From contig CAVRTI010000006.1 of the NCBI GenBank assembly GCA_963723975.1, forward strand, positions 4,259-68,258: 64,000 nucleotides of DNA, read 5' to 3'. A program made the position numbers and the translations under genes. How positions within the stretch are numbered: the first letter of the stretch is position 1; each line of letters starts with the position of its first letter. Below the pieces are notes generated by a model, which saw only the letters and a list, made by a program, of their open reading frames with translations, was not told the origin of the DNA and searched no databases. Below, in pieces: positions 1 to 11,646 of this stretch. Source of the DNA: an uncultured Actinomycetota bacterium. GTDB lineage: Bacteria; Actinomycetota; Actinomycetes; JACCUZ01.

Positions 1-66
1 GCGGCCCCTCATCGATGTCGCGATCGACGTCGTCGATCGTCGGCTACGTTTTTCGCCGGAGGACTC

Positions 67-834
67 ATGAGCAGCAACATGCCGGACGCTCGCCGGGACG
101 TCCGCGCCCGAGAGCAGGCACTGGCCGAGGTCTTCGTCTCCCTCGCCGACACCCTGGTCGTCGACTACGACGTCGTCGACCTGTTGGACCAGCTCGTGGC
201 GGCATCCGTCGACCTGCTCGGCGCCACGGCAGCCGGACTGCTGCTGGACGACCAGAAGGGCAACCTCGCGGTCGTCGCCTCGTCGAGCGAGGAGACCCGG
301 TTGCTCGAGATCTACCAGCTGCAGAACAACGAGGGACCGTGCCTGGACTGCGTCCGGACCCGCAGCGTGGTGGTCAGCGACGACCTCGCCGCCGATCGCG
401 ACCGGTGGCCGGTCTTCGTCCCGGCTGCGCTGGACGCGGGCGTCCGGTCGGTCGTGGCGGTCCCCTTGCGGCTGCGGGACGAGACGATCGGCGGCCTCAA
501 CCTCTTCCACAGCGGCACTGAGCCGGTCACCGAGGAGGACCAGCGGCTGGCCCAGGCGCTCGCCGACGTCGCAACGATCGGCATCCTCCAGCAGCGCTCG
601 GCGCACCGCAGCTCGATGATGGCCGAGCAGCTCCAGCACGCGCTCAACAGCCGGGTGGCCATCGAGCAGGCGAAGGGTGTGTTGGCCGAGCGGAACGGCA
701 TCGGGGTCGAAGCTGCCTTCGACGCACTGCGCCGTCACGCCCGCAACCACAACCTCAAGCTCACCGATGTCGCCCTCGCCGTCGTCCGTGGCGAGATCGC
801 CCCACGGGGCGACACCGAGCCGCCGGCCGGCTGA
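67..834 (+). CDS. GAF-ANTAR RNA-binding regulator (antitermination type)
   Basis: Intact 255-aa ORF. N-terminal GAF-like region (DLLGATAAGLLL...VAVPLR...IGGLNLF). C-terminal ANTAR signature (LQHALNSRVAIEQAKGVLAERNGIGVEAAFDALRRHARNHNLKLTDVA). Confidence 0.9.
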   Translation: MSSNMPDARRDVRAREQALAEVFVSLADTLVVDYDVVDLLDQLVAASVDLLGATAAGLLLDDQKGNLAVVASSSEETRLLEIYQLQNNEGPCLDCVRTRSVVVSDDLAADRDRWPVFVPAALDAGVRSVVAVPLRLRDETIGGLNLFHSGTEPVTEEDQRLAQALADVATIGILQQRSAHRSSMMAEQLQHALNSRVAIEQAKGVLAERNGIGVEAAFDALRRHARNHNLKLTDVALAVVRGEIAPRGDTEPPAG

Positions 835-881
835 CCGCCGCGAGGCCACCCGCTCAGGCGGTGTGGAAGCCGAATGACTTG

Positions 882-902
882 CTCACCCGCCGAACGGGTG
901 AG
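882..902 (+). terminator. Short GC hairpin 48 nt after the GAF-ANTAR stop
   Basis: CTCACCCG-ccgaa-CGGGTGAG, 8-bp stem with 5-nt loop. No U tract. Confidence 0.3.
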
Positions 903-1152
903 GACGGGAAGCCCCAAGAGCCGATGGACAGCGCAGACGCCCCGGCCGATGCTGGGCGGGCCGGCGAGCCGAGAGGCAGTTGGGGGGCCTGGGGGGTGGC
1001 CCTCGACTCGCCGGCAACAGCGACGGCCCGCGTCCCTCCCGGGGGGGATGAGAAGCACGCGGGCCTGGCCCCGTGCGGGTGCGCAACCCGCCGGGGTTGA
1101 CTCTCAGAATCGCCGTCCGGTCTCACTCGGTCAAGAGCGACGGACCCCTCAG

Positions 1153-1428
1153 TCAGTCCGCTCCTGTGAACGTCCTCGACTCCGCGCGGGCCACGAGCTG
1201 CCCGCAGCGCTGGCAGCTGGCTGTGCACCCCGGCGCGAAGGCGGTGAAGATCACCCAACCGCTGATGTCCGCACCGCACAGCGCCACGGCCGCGGTGGGC
1301 ACACCCGCGATCCGCGGGACGGCGTGCTGAACCCCGACCGGCTGCGTCGTCGCGAGCAGGTGCCAGCCGCGCCGCGCCTCCACTGCCGGTGGACCGGGCC
1401 TCCCGATGATCGCTGCGATCTGATACAT
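1153..1428 (-). CDS. Hypothetical small Cys-rich protein (91 aa)
   Basis: ATG start inside ORF 1153..1482. Third-position GC is about 87 % by my hand count. Hydrophobic stretch AGVPTAAVALCGADISGWVIFTAFAPG followed by CTASCQRCG. No family recognised. Confidence 0.3.
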   Translation of the reverse strand: MYQIAAIIGRPGPPAVEARRGWHLLATTQPVGVQHAVPRIAGVPTAAVALCGADISGWVIFTAFAPGCTASCQRCGQLVARAESRTFTGAD

Positions 1429-1556
1429 GGCGTCACGCCCTCTGGGGCGACCCCGGCGGGGAGACCCGCGAGCGGCCGGCACCCCAGTGTGCGCCTTCGA
1501 TCACGAAAGGTTCGACAGCACTCGCAAGTCGTAGCGTGGGCACACCCGGCGCGGTT

Positions 1557-1826
1557 CTACCGCGGACAGTCATGCTGGGCGTCGGCTCGTTCACGAGCGC
1601 GCTCTGCATCGCCGGGCCCATGGTGCTGCAGGGATAGCAACGGTAGCTCGAGGACCCGGCCGACCCAGAGCAACTCGTCGTACCAGTGGAGCTGGCAGAC
1701 GACGACGCCCGCTCCGACGTCGACCCGGACGAGCGCGCGCTTGCGGCCGTTGTCGCTGTACTCCCAGAGCACCGTGCCGGATACCCAGCGGCCATGGTGC
1801 TCAAGGCCGACCGTTGCGCCGTGCAC
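1557..1826 (-). CDS. Hypothetical small protein (89 aa)
   Basis: ORF with GTG start and high GC3 over HHGRWVSGTVLWEYSDNGRKRALVRVDVGAGVVVCQLHWYDELLWVGRVLELP. The W/R-rich beta-like pattern resembles small actinobacterial proteins. No family assigned. Confidence 0.35.
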   Translation of the reverse strand: MHGATVGLEHHGRWVSGTVLWEYSDNGRKRALVRVDVGAGVVVCQLHWYDELLWVGRVLELPLLSLQHHGPGDAERARERADAQHDCPR

Positions 1827-1998
1827 CCGTCCTCCAGCTGGCGGCGCCGCGCGGTTCCCTGGCCCCCACGGAGCGGAGCGCGGCGCCTACTCCGGAGCAT
1901 GTGACGGGGGGCGCAACCTGTCTATAGGCGGATCGGAGGACACCCGAGCACTGCTCGCGTGGAGGACGCCACGCACGGTGATGCCTTCGGTCTCGGTC

Positions 1999-3615
1999 TT
2001 ACAACCGTAGGCGGTAGGTCTTTCCCGCCGTGCCCCGTATGAGCAGGGTGTGGGCGTTCCGGGGTCCATTGCCGCTGAGCCGGACTTCACCGAGCCTGAC
2101 GACGTCGCGGTCGACGGAGACGCCGTTGCGAACGATTCGGGCTGCGGCGCCGTCGGGCGCCACGGTCCGGCAGCGCACCGTGAAGCCGTCTGCTTGTCGG
2201 GTGAACCGGCACTGCGAGATCGTCGGCGCGGGCACCGAGGCCGACGCACCGGCGTACGACGCATACGGCACCAGCCGGACCCGCAGCCGGTTCAACTTCT
2301 CCGTGCTCGTGCGGTGGAGGGTGAACCGCCCGGTCGGGCCGACGAGGGCCCGGCCGACGGTGAGCCAGCGCCGGGTGGTCACCGAACGCCCCCGGAGCAG
2401 GACGGTGGAGTTCTGCAGCCGTTCGACGCTGGTGAAGGTGCCGGCCGCGATCGTCCCGACCCGGCCGGTGACCCGGCGCGGAAGCGCGGACAGGGTGGCC
2501 CGCGGACGGTTCACCCGTAAGGCCGTAGCGACAGGGGAAGGCCCGGAGACCGTGCCTGGGGCTGGGGCTGGGCCGGAAGCTGAGGGGCTCACGACGAAGG
2601 TGCGCTGCCGGACGAGTTGGGAGCCGTCGCTGAGCATGGCGGTAGCGGTGGCAGTCCAGGTCCCGGCTCCGAGGGTCAAGGGCAGGCGCCAGCCGCCGGC
2701 GAGGTCGACAGTGGCGGCGTAGGTGCGCCCCCCGATGCTGACCTGGACGGCGCTGACCCTCGGCGGCTGGGCCGCGCCCACCACGGGTGGCAGCCCGGCG
2801 GGAGATGTCACCTGGAAGCAGGACTCCCCCGACACTTCGGAGAGCGCCCGCAGGTCACTGGAGGGGCGGCAGCCCACGTCGTTGGCGATCGCGAAGCTGC
2901 GCAAGTGCACTCCGGAGGCTGCCAGGGCGTCGATGGTCGACTGGCTCGCGTTCCCGCCGCCGTCGGTGAGCATCATGATGTACTTCGGGCCGCTCGGTGC
3001 CGTGCGGAGCGTGCTCAGGGCGGTGGCCACCGCCGGGTCGTACGACGTGCCGGGGACCGGATCGCGCCGCAACGCCGTCACCGCCGATACCAGCAGGTTC
3101 TGACCGCCGGCGGAGGTCGCGCCTGGGGCCACGAAGTTGACGGCCGGGGAGGCCCCAGGCTGGAGGTTTATCGCGGAGGCACCCCCCGCGAAGGTCTCCA
3201 GCGACACCAGGGAGGGGGCCGCCGACGACGCGAGGCCCGCGTTCAGGGCCTTGACCGCACCGATCTCGCAGTCGAAGGCATCCCCGACCACGCTGTCACC
3301 GTTCTGGTTGTCCCCGGGACCGCCCGAGACGCCGTCGGCGTTGCAGTCGAGCCCGGAGGGAGTCTTCGTCGACTGCGACACGTCGACCAGGTAGAGCACG
3401 GTGGTGGTGGCTGGCGACCCGATGCTGACCATGCCGCGCAGCTCCACGGGACCGGCCCTGACCGAGCCAGGGTCCTGGAACGTCAGGGTCGCGGATGCCG
3501 CGCGCGCCGCCGGGATGACCGTCCCCATCGCGGCGGTGACCACGACGGAGGCGAGCATGGCAGAAGCAGCCGCCACTGGGCGGCGGTGGTCGAAAACGCG
3601 CATGGATGCCCCCAT
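1999..3615 (-). CDS. Secreted von Willebrand factor A (vWA) domain protein
   Basis: Start chosen at MGASMRVFDHRRPVAAASAMLASVVVTAAMGTVIPAARAASA (signal peptide) inside ORF 1999..3876. MIDAS-type motif LYLVDVSQST and later YIMMLTDGGGN. Long beta-rich C-terminal part. Confidence 0.8.
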   Translation of the reverse strand: MGASMRVFDHRRPVAAASAMLASVVVTAAMGTVIPAARAASATLTFQDPGSVRAGPVELRGMVSIGSPATTTVLYLVDVSQSTKTPSGLDCNADGVSGGPGDNQNGDSVVGDAFDCEIGAVKALNAGLASSAAPSLVSLETFAGGASAINLQPGASPAVNFVAPGATSAGGQNLLVSAVTALRRDPVPGTSYDPAVATALSTLRTAPSGPKYIMMLTDGGGNASQSTIDALAASGVHLRSFAIANDVGCRPSSDLRALSEVSGESCFQVTSPAGLPPVVGAAQPPRVSAVQVSIGGRTYAATVDLAGGWRLPLTLGAGTWTATATAMLSDGSQLVRQRTFVVSPSASGPAPAPGTVSGPSPVATALRVNRPRATLSALPRRVTGRVGTIAAGTFTSVERLQNSTVLLRGRSVTTRRWLTVGRALVGPTGRFTLHRTSTEKLNRLRVRLVPYASYAGASASVPAPTISQCRFTRQADGFTVRCRTVAPDGAAARIVRNGVSVDRDVVRLGEVRLSGNGPRNAHTLLIRGTAGKTYRLRL

Positions 3616-3955
3616 TCCACGCGACGAGCCCCCCGGCCCCGCTGGCCGACTCTCAAGCCGTCTGTCGCATGCCCAGAATGTGCACCAGCCCGCCGGCCCG
3701 CCATCGTCCGAACGGCTGACCCGATGAGCTCGGTCGGTGGTCAGCACCACCCGCGTGCCCAGCCCGCGTGAGCCGTCACGCGCAGACAACTCCGTCGCCG
3801 TCAGCGTCGGTGTACCACTCGTACTCGGGATCGCTATGAGGCGGTGGTGGACTCGATCCGAGGCGGGGCCAGCCACATGTCTTGAGCTGCGCCTGGAGGA
3901 ACGTGCGCTCGACCCGATTCACCTCGCGCCGCCCCTCCGATCCACACTCTTTCTC

Positions 3956-3984
3956 TGTACACTTCAGGATCTGAGACGTACAGT
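3956..3984 (+). promoter_or_regulatory. Candidate operator plus leaderless -10 box for the antitoxin-toxin operon
   Basis: Inverted repeat CTGTAC-N17-GTACAG containing TGTACA. TACAGT (TANNNT) ends 6 nt before the ATG at 3991. Confidence 0.4.
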
Positions 3985-3990
3985 TGACGT

Positions 3991-4251
3991 ATGGCTACTG
4001 AGATGCCCGTCACCGAGGCACGTGAGCGGTTCAGCGAGCTCGTCGAGACGTCTGCGCACGAACCCGTCTTCCTGACCAAGCGCGGCCAGCGTCAGGCCGT
4101 CGTCATCAGCACGGCCGAGTACGAGCGACTCATGGAGGCCGACGAGGACGCCGAGGATCTCGCGGCCGCCGACGCGGTCATGGCCGAAATCATGGCCGGT
4201 ACCCCGACGATTCCGTGGGCCAAGGTCAAGGCCGACCTCGGGCTGGCATGA
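3991..4251 (+). CDS. Type II antitoxin, Phd/YefM family
   Basis: 86 aa. N-terminus MPVTEARERFSELVETSAHEPVFLTKRGQRQAVVISTAEYERL is typical Phd/YefM. The stop overlaps the toxin start (ATGA). Confidence 0.9.
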   Translation: MATEMPVTEARERFSELVETSAHEPVFLTKRGQRQAVVISTAEYERLMEADEDAEDLAAADAVMAEIMAGTPTIPWAKVKADLGLA

Positions 4252-4511
4252 CCTACACGGTCGAGATCTCGACCTCGGCGGCGAAGTCGATCGCCAAGAT
4301 CGAGAAGAAGACACGACTCCGCGTCATCGGCGCGATCGAACTCCTCGCCGTCGACCCCCGGCCCCCTGGCGTCAAGCTTCTCCGGGGCGGTGAACAAGGC
4401 CGTTGGCGAGCGCGCGTGGGCGACTACCGGATTGTGTACACAGTCGAGGACGACCGTCTGATCGTCCTCGTTCTCCGAGTGGCTCACCGCCGCGAGGTCT
4501 ACGAACGCTGA
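4248..4511 (+). CDS. Type II toxin, RelE/ParE family
   Basis: Start at MTYTVEIS inside ORF 4215..4511. The C-terminus RARVGDYRIVYTVEDDRLIVLVLRVAHRREVY matches the RelE/ParE fold signature. Confidence 0.9.
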   Translation: MTYTVEISTSAAKSIAKIEKKTRLRVIGAIELLAVDPRPPGVKLLRGGEQGRWRARVGDYRIVYTVEDDRLIVLVLRVAHRREVYER

Positions 4512-4794
4512 AGACAGCTCGCAACCGTCTCGACGACTCGACAAGAGCCTGCGTCGGCTCAGAGCTCCGCAGGCAGATCACGGAGCCGCAACCCGCAGGT
4601 AGGCAGTTCGGCGCCCTGGCGCCACGGACCCGACATACAGCCAGAGTGACATTGGGTTCGTCCGCCTCGTCAGCGTGATGCGTCACGCAGATGACGACGG
4701 AGGCCCAAGCATGGGTGCATCTCGCTCGCGTGTGTTGAACATGGACCTTCAGCGCCGCAGTCCGCCGGCCCAGGGACCATGTCCTCGCAGCCCA

Positions 4795-5886
4795 TCACAC
4801 GTTGAAGCGGAACTCCACGACGTCGCCGTCCTGCATGACGTAGTCCTTGCCCTCGATGCGGACCTTGCCGCGGGACTTCGCGTCGGCCATCGAGCCGGCG
4901 TCGACCAGGTCGCCGAACGAGACGACCTCGGCCTTGATGAAGCCGCGCTGGAAGTCGGTGTGGATCACACCCGCGGCCTGCGGAGCGGTCGCCCCGACCG
5001 GGATCGTCCAGGCCCGCGACTCCTTGGGCCCGGCGGTCAGGTAGGTCTGCAGACCCAGCGTCCGGAAGCCGACGTGCGCCAGCTGGTCGAGGCCGGACTC
5101 CTCCGCGCCGAGGGACTGCAGCAGCTCGAGCGCCTCGTCGTCGGGCAGCTCGGAGAGCTCGGACTCGATCTTCGCGTCCAGGAAGATCGCCTCGGCCGGT
5201 GCGACCAGCCCGCGCATCTCGTCCTTGAATGCTTCGTCGCCCAGCTCGTCCTCGTCGACGTTGAACACGTAGAGGAACGGCTTGGCGGTCAGCAGGTGCA
5301 GCTCGCGAAGGTCGTCGAGGTCGATGCCGGCGGCCGCTGCACCGGCGTACAGCGTGGTCCCGCCCTGCAGCAGCTCCTGGGCAGTGACCACGTCGGCCAC
5401 GATGGACGTCTTGCTCTTGTCCTTGATGAGCCGCGACTCCTTCTCCAGCCGCGGCAGCGCCTTCTCGATCGTCTGAAGGTCGGCCAGGATCAGCTCGGTG
5501 TTGATGGTCTCGATGTCGGACTTCGGCGACACGTCGCCGTCCACGTGCACCACGTTCGGGTCGCGGAAGGCGCGGATGACCTGGCAGATGGCGTCGCTCT
5601 CGCGGATGTTGGCGAGGAACTTGTTGCCCAGGCCCTCACCCTCCGACGCCCCGCGCACGATTCCGGCGATGTCGACGAAGGACACTGTGGCCGGCAGCTG
5701 GCGGGCCGAGCCGAAGATGCCGGCCAGCGTGGCCAGTCGCGGGTCAGGCACACCGACCACACCGACGTTCGGCTCGATAGTGGCGAACGGGTAGTTCGCA
5801 GCGAGGACGTCGTTCTTGGTCAGGGCGTTGAAGAGGGTCGACTTCCCGACGTTGGGGAGCCCGACGATCCCGATGGTGAGGGTCAC
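4795..5886 (-). CDS. ychF: Redox-regulated ribosome-binding ATPase YchF
   Basis: [21 protein letters not shown]-loop, and full-length similarity to the Obg-like ATPase YchF. GTG at 5886 gives 363 aa. The ORF track maximum (TTG at 5943) adds 19 aa. Confidence 0.92.
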   Translation of the reverse strand: MTLTIGIVGLPNVGKSTLFNALTKNDVLAANYPFATIEPNVGVVGVPDPRLATLAGIFGSARQLPATVSFVDIAGIVRGASEGEGLGNKFLANIRESDAICQVIRAFRDPNVVHVDGDVSPKSDIETINTELILADLQTIEKALPRLEKESRLIKDKSKTSIVADVVTAQELLQGGTTLYAGAAAAGIDLDDLRELHLLTAKPFLYVFNVDEDELGDEAFKDEMRGLVAPAEAIFLDAKIESELSELPDDEALELLQSLGAEESGLDQLAHVGFRTLGLQTYLTAGPKESRAWTIPVGATAPQAAGVIHTDFQRGFIKAEVVSFGDLVDAGSMADAKSRGKVRIEGKDYVMQDGDVVEFRFNV

Positions 5887-5956
5887 GGGCGTCAAGGGTA
5901 CGGCGGCCGGCGCGCCTGGCCGAATCGCGGCTGTCGGCGACAAGCTCGGCCGCGTG

Positions 5957-7164
<1,208 letters not shown>

Positions 7165-7168
<4 letters not shown>

Positions 7169-7893
7169 GGCGCTACCGGCTGGGGCCCGGCGACCGTTCG
7201 GTGCGCCCCCCGGACGCGGGCTTCCTCGGCATCGATCCGGCCGTCCAGCATGTGCACGATCCGGGTCCCGCGTTCTGCCACCTCGAGCGAGTGCGTGACC
7301 GTCACGACAGTGGCACCTGCATCGTGCACCTTGGACAGCAGGTCCAGAACCTCGTCCGCGCTCTGGGAGTCGAGGTTCCCGGTCGGCTCGTCGGCCAGGA
7401 TCACGTCGGGACCGATGACGATGGCCCGAGCCACCGCGCACCGCTGCTGCTGGCCCCCGGAGAGCTGGCTCGGCAAGTGATCCGCCCGGTCGGCCAGCCC
7501 GACCGCGGTCAACGCGGCCATCGCCCGCGCATGTCGCTGCTGCTTGGGCACCCCCATGTACACGAGCGGCAGTTGCACGTTCTCCACCGCCGTGGAGCGA
7601 CCCAGCAGGTTGAACCCCTGGAACACGAATCCGATCCGTTCCCTGCGAACCCGCGCCGCCTCGCGCTCGTCAAAGCGTGCGACGTCCTGCCCGCTGAGCC
7701 AGTACTCACCGGACGTGGGTGGCTCGAGGCAGCCGAGGATCGACAACAACGTGGTCTTGCCGGAGCCAGACGGACCCATGATGACGAGGAACTCCCCGCG
7801 CTCGACGTTCAGATCCACGCCACGCAACGCCTCGACCGGAACCGCGGCCGACTCGAAGCGCTTGCGCAGCGCCGAGGTCCGGATGACCATCAC
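7165..7893 (-). CDS. ABC transporter ATP-binding protein, MacB/LolD-like
   Basis: Walker [10 protein letters not shown], signature LSGGQQQR and Walker [12 protein letters not shown]. Intact 242 aa. Confidence 0.93.
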
Positions 7894-9778
7894 GCCTCAT
7901 CGGAGGCCGGCAGGACCACCTTGTCGCCCACCCGTAGTCCGGACCGGACCTCGGCGTACGCACCGCCGACCAGCCCCAGCCGGACCTCGCGCTCCTGGAC
8001 ATCGCCGGATCTGGTCCGCACGGAGACCGTCGCGGTTCGTCCCTCCCGGTCCTGGATGGCCTTCAGCGGGAGCCGGACGGCGTCCGCCACGCTCGCGGTG
8101 AGGACGCGCGCACTGACGCTCATCCCCGGGCGGAGCCCGGTCGGCTCGTCGATCGACATGATGACGGGGAAGGTGACGACGCCGCCGCTGTCCGCTCCCG
8201 TGAGAGCGACGTCGATGACCTTGCCGGTGAACTGCTGCCCTCCCAGCGCGTCCGCGCCGATCCGTGTCGCCGCCCCGATCGTCGTACGGCTCACGTCGAA
8301 CTCGGTCAATGCCACGTTGACCACCAGGTTGTCCAGGTCCTGGACCCGGGCGAGCGGCGTCGTGGCGTCAACGGCCGCGCCGACGTCGGTCAGCAGGCTG
8401 GTGACCGTGCCCGATGCCGGCGCTCGAACGACCAGCCGGTCCTCGAGGCGACGGGCGAGACGCACCTGTTCGGTCGCCACCCTGACCCGGAGGCCGGCCA
8501 GGGCCAGCTCGGTCTTGGTCGCCGGAGCTCCCCGCTGGCGCAGGACGGCCAGGTCGGCCCCCGCTCGCGCGACATCGGCCTTCGCAGCCGACAACACCTC
8601 GGGCGGCGGGTCGAGGAGCGCGCGCCAGCCGGCTCTCGGCCGCTGCGACCGCCGACTCGGCCGCCGCTGCGGCCTTGCCGCCGGAACCGCGCACGGTCGC
8701 CAGGTCCGCCTTGGCCTTGGCCAGCTCGGCGCGTGCGGTGCTGACCGTGTCGGCCGGCGGGCGGTGCAGCCGGTCCAGCCTGCTCTGCGCGGCGGTCACC
8801 GCGAGCCGTGCCGCAGACAGCGCCGCCGCGGTCGGCGGGACGGCCGGCTGGTTGAGCGCCTCGCGATCCGCTAGGGCCCGGGCCAGGTCTGCCTGCGCCA
8901 GGGCGATGCCCGCCGCGACGCCGAGGCGCCTCCGCGTTTGCCAGCGCCGCCGTCGCGGCTGCGATGACTGCGTCAGCCGCAGCCACCTGAGCCGCAGTGG
9001 GGCCAGCGGCCGGGCGCTGCAGCGTCTCCAGCTCGAGCTGGGCCTGCGCTACGTCGAGCTGGGCCGCGGCGAATCCGCCGGGTCGGGGGCACCGCTGAGC
9101 AGCTGGAGCTTGCGCTCGGCGGCGATGACGGCCTCCTCGGCGGCCGCGACAGCGTGGGGATGACTGTCCTTGGCCGCACGCGCGGCCTCCAGGTCCGCTG
9201 CCGCTGTGGCGACCTCCTGCTGGGCGGTGGCGAGGTCGGCCTTCTGCGGGCTACCGGTCAGCCGGGACAGCTGGGCCTTGGCCGCGACGACGAGACTCCC
9301 GGGCGAGCGCCAGCTCTTCCGGCGTCGGAGGCAGGCCACGGGTCGGATCCTGGACCTTCTTCTGCGCCAGGTCGAGCTCGGCCGAGGCGAGCTCGTGCCG
9401 GGCCTGGATCACTGCTGTTTCGGCCGCACCGTCGTCGGCGATCTCGGCCAGCGCCTCGCCGGCCTCGACCTCGTCCCCGACCTTGACGAAGAGCGCGGTC
9501 ACATGCCCGGTCACCGGTGAGAAGACAGCCTCGGAGACCGCCGGACCCGCCGGCGTCGACTGCCGCGTCACCGCCAGAGGTCGGCACGGCCTGGCGGGCC
9601 GCGTCGGTCAGGGTCGCGACGCGACCGACTCCCCCGACGGTCACCGAGATCGTCCCGCGGTCGATGGTGACGACGTCGCCCGGCGCAGCGTTTGCCCCGC
9701 CGCCTTGGTTGACGGCCCACACCCCCCCACCGCGACGGCGAGCACGACGGCCGCCGAGGTGACTGGACGTCGGGACAT
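7890..9778 (-). pseudogene. HlyD/MacA-family periplasmic adaptor, reading frame broken six times as sequenced
   Basis: Segments in different frames join into one adaptor. These are MSRRPVTSAAVVLAVAVGG / VWAVNQGGGANAAPGDVVTIDRGTISV / TRQSTPAGPAVSEAVFSPVTGHVTALFVKVGDEVEAGEALAEI / LVVAAKAQLSRLTGSPQKADLATAQQEV / AAQLDVAQAQLELETLQRP / GVAAGIALAQADLARAL / LLDPPPEVLSAAKADV...VVRAPASGTVTSLL...[10 protein letters not shown]. Length is 2 mod 3. Confidence 0.8.
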
Positions 9779-10138
9779 CGTCGCTTCCATGTGCCGACCG
9801 GCGATCATGACGGCGTCCCCTCGTGACGCGCGGCTCGGCGGCGCGACCGCACGACTCGGTGCAGCGGCCCACCAGCAATGGGCTCGCGGGCCGCTCGACA
9901 CTGTCGGTGGTCGGCACGCCGTCGACTCCCGACGGCACGCGCGAACGCAGTCTGGTTGCACACGTCGATTCCTGCACCACATGGCCGCCCCCTGGCAGGT
10001 ACGCACCGCCAGCGACGATGACTGCGGACGGTGCCCTTTGTTTGTATGCCGAACACCACCGACTCATCAATGGTCGCTTGTAACTACGGCTGTACGTCGT
10101 CTGCCCGAGATGCAGCGCGGATGCGTGCTGGTGTCGCG

Positions 10139-11646
10139 CTAGAGCCCGACCCGGTCGATGGGCAGGCTGCCACGGGGATCTGCGCTTGCCGGGGTCGCCC
10201 GGTCGTCCGCGACGGGCTGTACCCGCCATCCCGGAAGGGCGAAGGTGAACGTGCTGCCGCCGTTCGCCCCGTCGTCGACCCGGATCGAGCCGCCGTGCGC
10301 CAGCGCGATCTCATGACAGATCGCCAGGCCGAGGCCGCTGCCGGCCCGCGGGTGGCTCGGATCGCCGTCGGCGCGGTAGAAGCGGTCGAACAGATGCTTG
10401 CGGTCCTCGTCGGAGATGCCCGGGCCCTCGTCGGAGACCGTGACGCCGGCCTGGCCGTCGCGCCGCCAGCTGCTGACGCGGACGCTGCCGCCCGGCTCGG
10501 TGAACTTGATCGCGTTCTCGATGAGGTTGGTGATGGCCAGGTGCAGACGCTGCGAGTCGGCCTGGACCTCGCACGGGTCGCCGTCGACGAACAGCGTGAC
10601 CTCCTTGGCCACGGCCAGGAGTCGCAGCGGGCGAGCCGCCTGCTCGACGACTTCGCGGAGGTCGAGCGTGATCGTGAGCAGCTGGAGCTTTCCCTCCTCC
10701 ACTGCCGCCAGCGCCAGCAGGTTGTCGACCGCTCGACTCACCCGGTCGACCTCCTCACGGGCACTCTCGAGCACCTCACGGGCCGCGGGTGGCAGGTCAT
10801 CACCGCGGAGGCTGACGTCGAGCTCGGCGCGCATGACGGCGAGCGGCGTCCGGAGCTCGTGCGACGCGTCGGCAACCAGCCGGTGCTTGTTCATCACGCC
10901 CTGCTCGATCCTCGCGAGCATGGCGTTGAGGGTGACCGCCAGGCTCCGCACCTCGTCGTCGGAGGCAGGCACGGCGACCCGATCGTGCAGCTGACCGGCG
11001 CCGATCTGCTGGGCATCCGAGGTCATCCGTTCGACCGGGCGCAGAGCCTTCCGGGCGAGCCAGTACGCCGCCGGCGTGGTGGCGGCCAGCACCGCCGGCC
11101 CGGCGAGAAGGAGCAACAACAGGAGCCGGCCTACCGCCTCTTCGGCCCGCTGCAGACTCAGGGCGACCACGAGCACCATGTCCTGGTCGTCGAACCGGAC
11201 GGAGGTGGCGCTGATCCGGAAGCGCTGGTTGGCGTCGCCCAGGCGGGCCTGGAACACGTCGTCACCCCCCGACCGGGCGGCGGCCTGAACCGATCGAGCG
11301 AACCAGCGGGGCCGCACCGGCTGCCACACCGAAACCGGCCAGCACCTCGCCCTGTGCGTCGAGCAGCTGGGCTCCGTCCGACGGCGGAACACTCGCAGCC
11401 GCCGCATCGAGGAACTCCTCCAGCTGCTCGGTGTGCTGCGAGATCGACCTCGTCGCCATCCTGGTCCTGGAGGTCCTCGATGAACGTCCGGGTGATCGTC
11501 GCCGACGCCACCCGAACGTCCTCGTCGATCGCCTGGCGCAGGTCTGCCCTGAGCTGAACGACCAGGTACGACCCGAGGAGCGCGATCATGGTCGCGAGCA
11601 CGAGGGCGTACCAGAGGGCCATCCGGACCCGGATCGACAGGCTCAT
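10139..11646 (-). pseudogene. Sensor histidine kinase (HAMP-HisKA-HATPase), two frameshifts as sequenced
   Basis: N-terminus MSLSIRVRMALWYALVLATMIALLGSYLVV, then ISQHTEQLEEFLDAAAASV in a second frame, then FQARLGDANQRF...HELRTPLAVM...GSGLGLAICHEIALAHGG in a third. Shifts lie near 11442 and 11292. ATGA overlap with the response regulator stop. Confidence 0.85.

Noticed and set aside
874-2010. 378-aa plus-strand ORF
   Set aside because: Arg/Pro/Ser/Thr-rich with no domain-like sequence. It looks like a typical off-frame or antisense shadow ORF of high-GC DNA.
9779-10138. Possible small gene in the GC-poorer spacer upstream of the adaptor
   Set aside because: The ORFs on both strands (9823..10083, 9805..10059) have poor composition and no recognisable motifs. 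It is more likely the promoter region of the MacAB-type operon.
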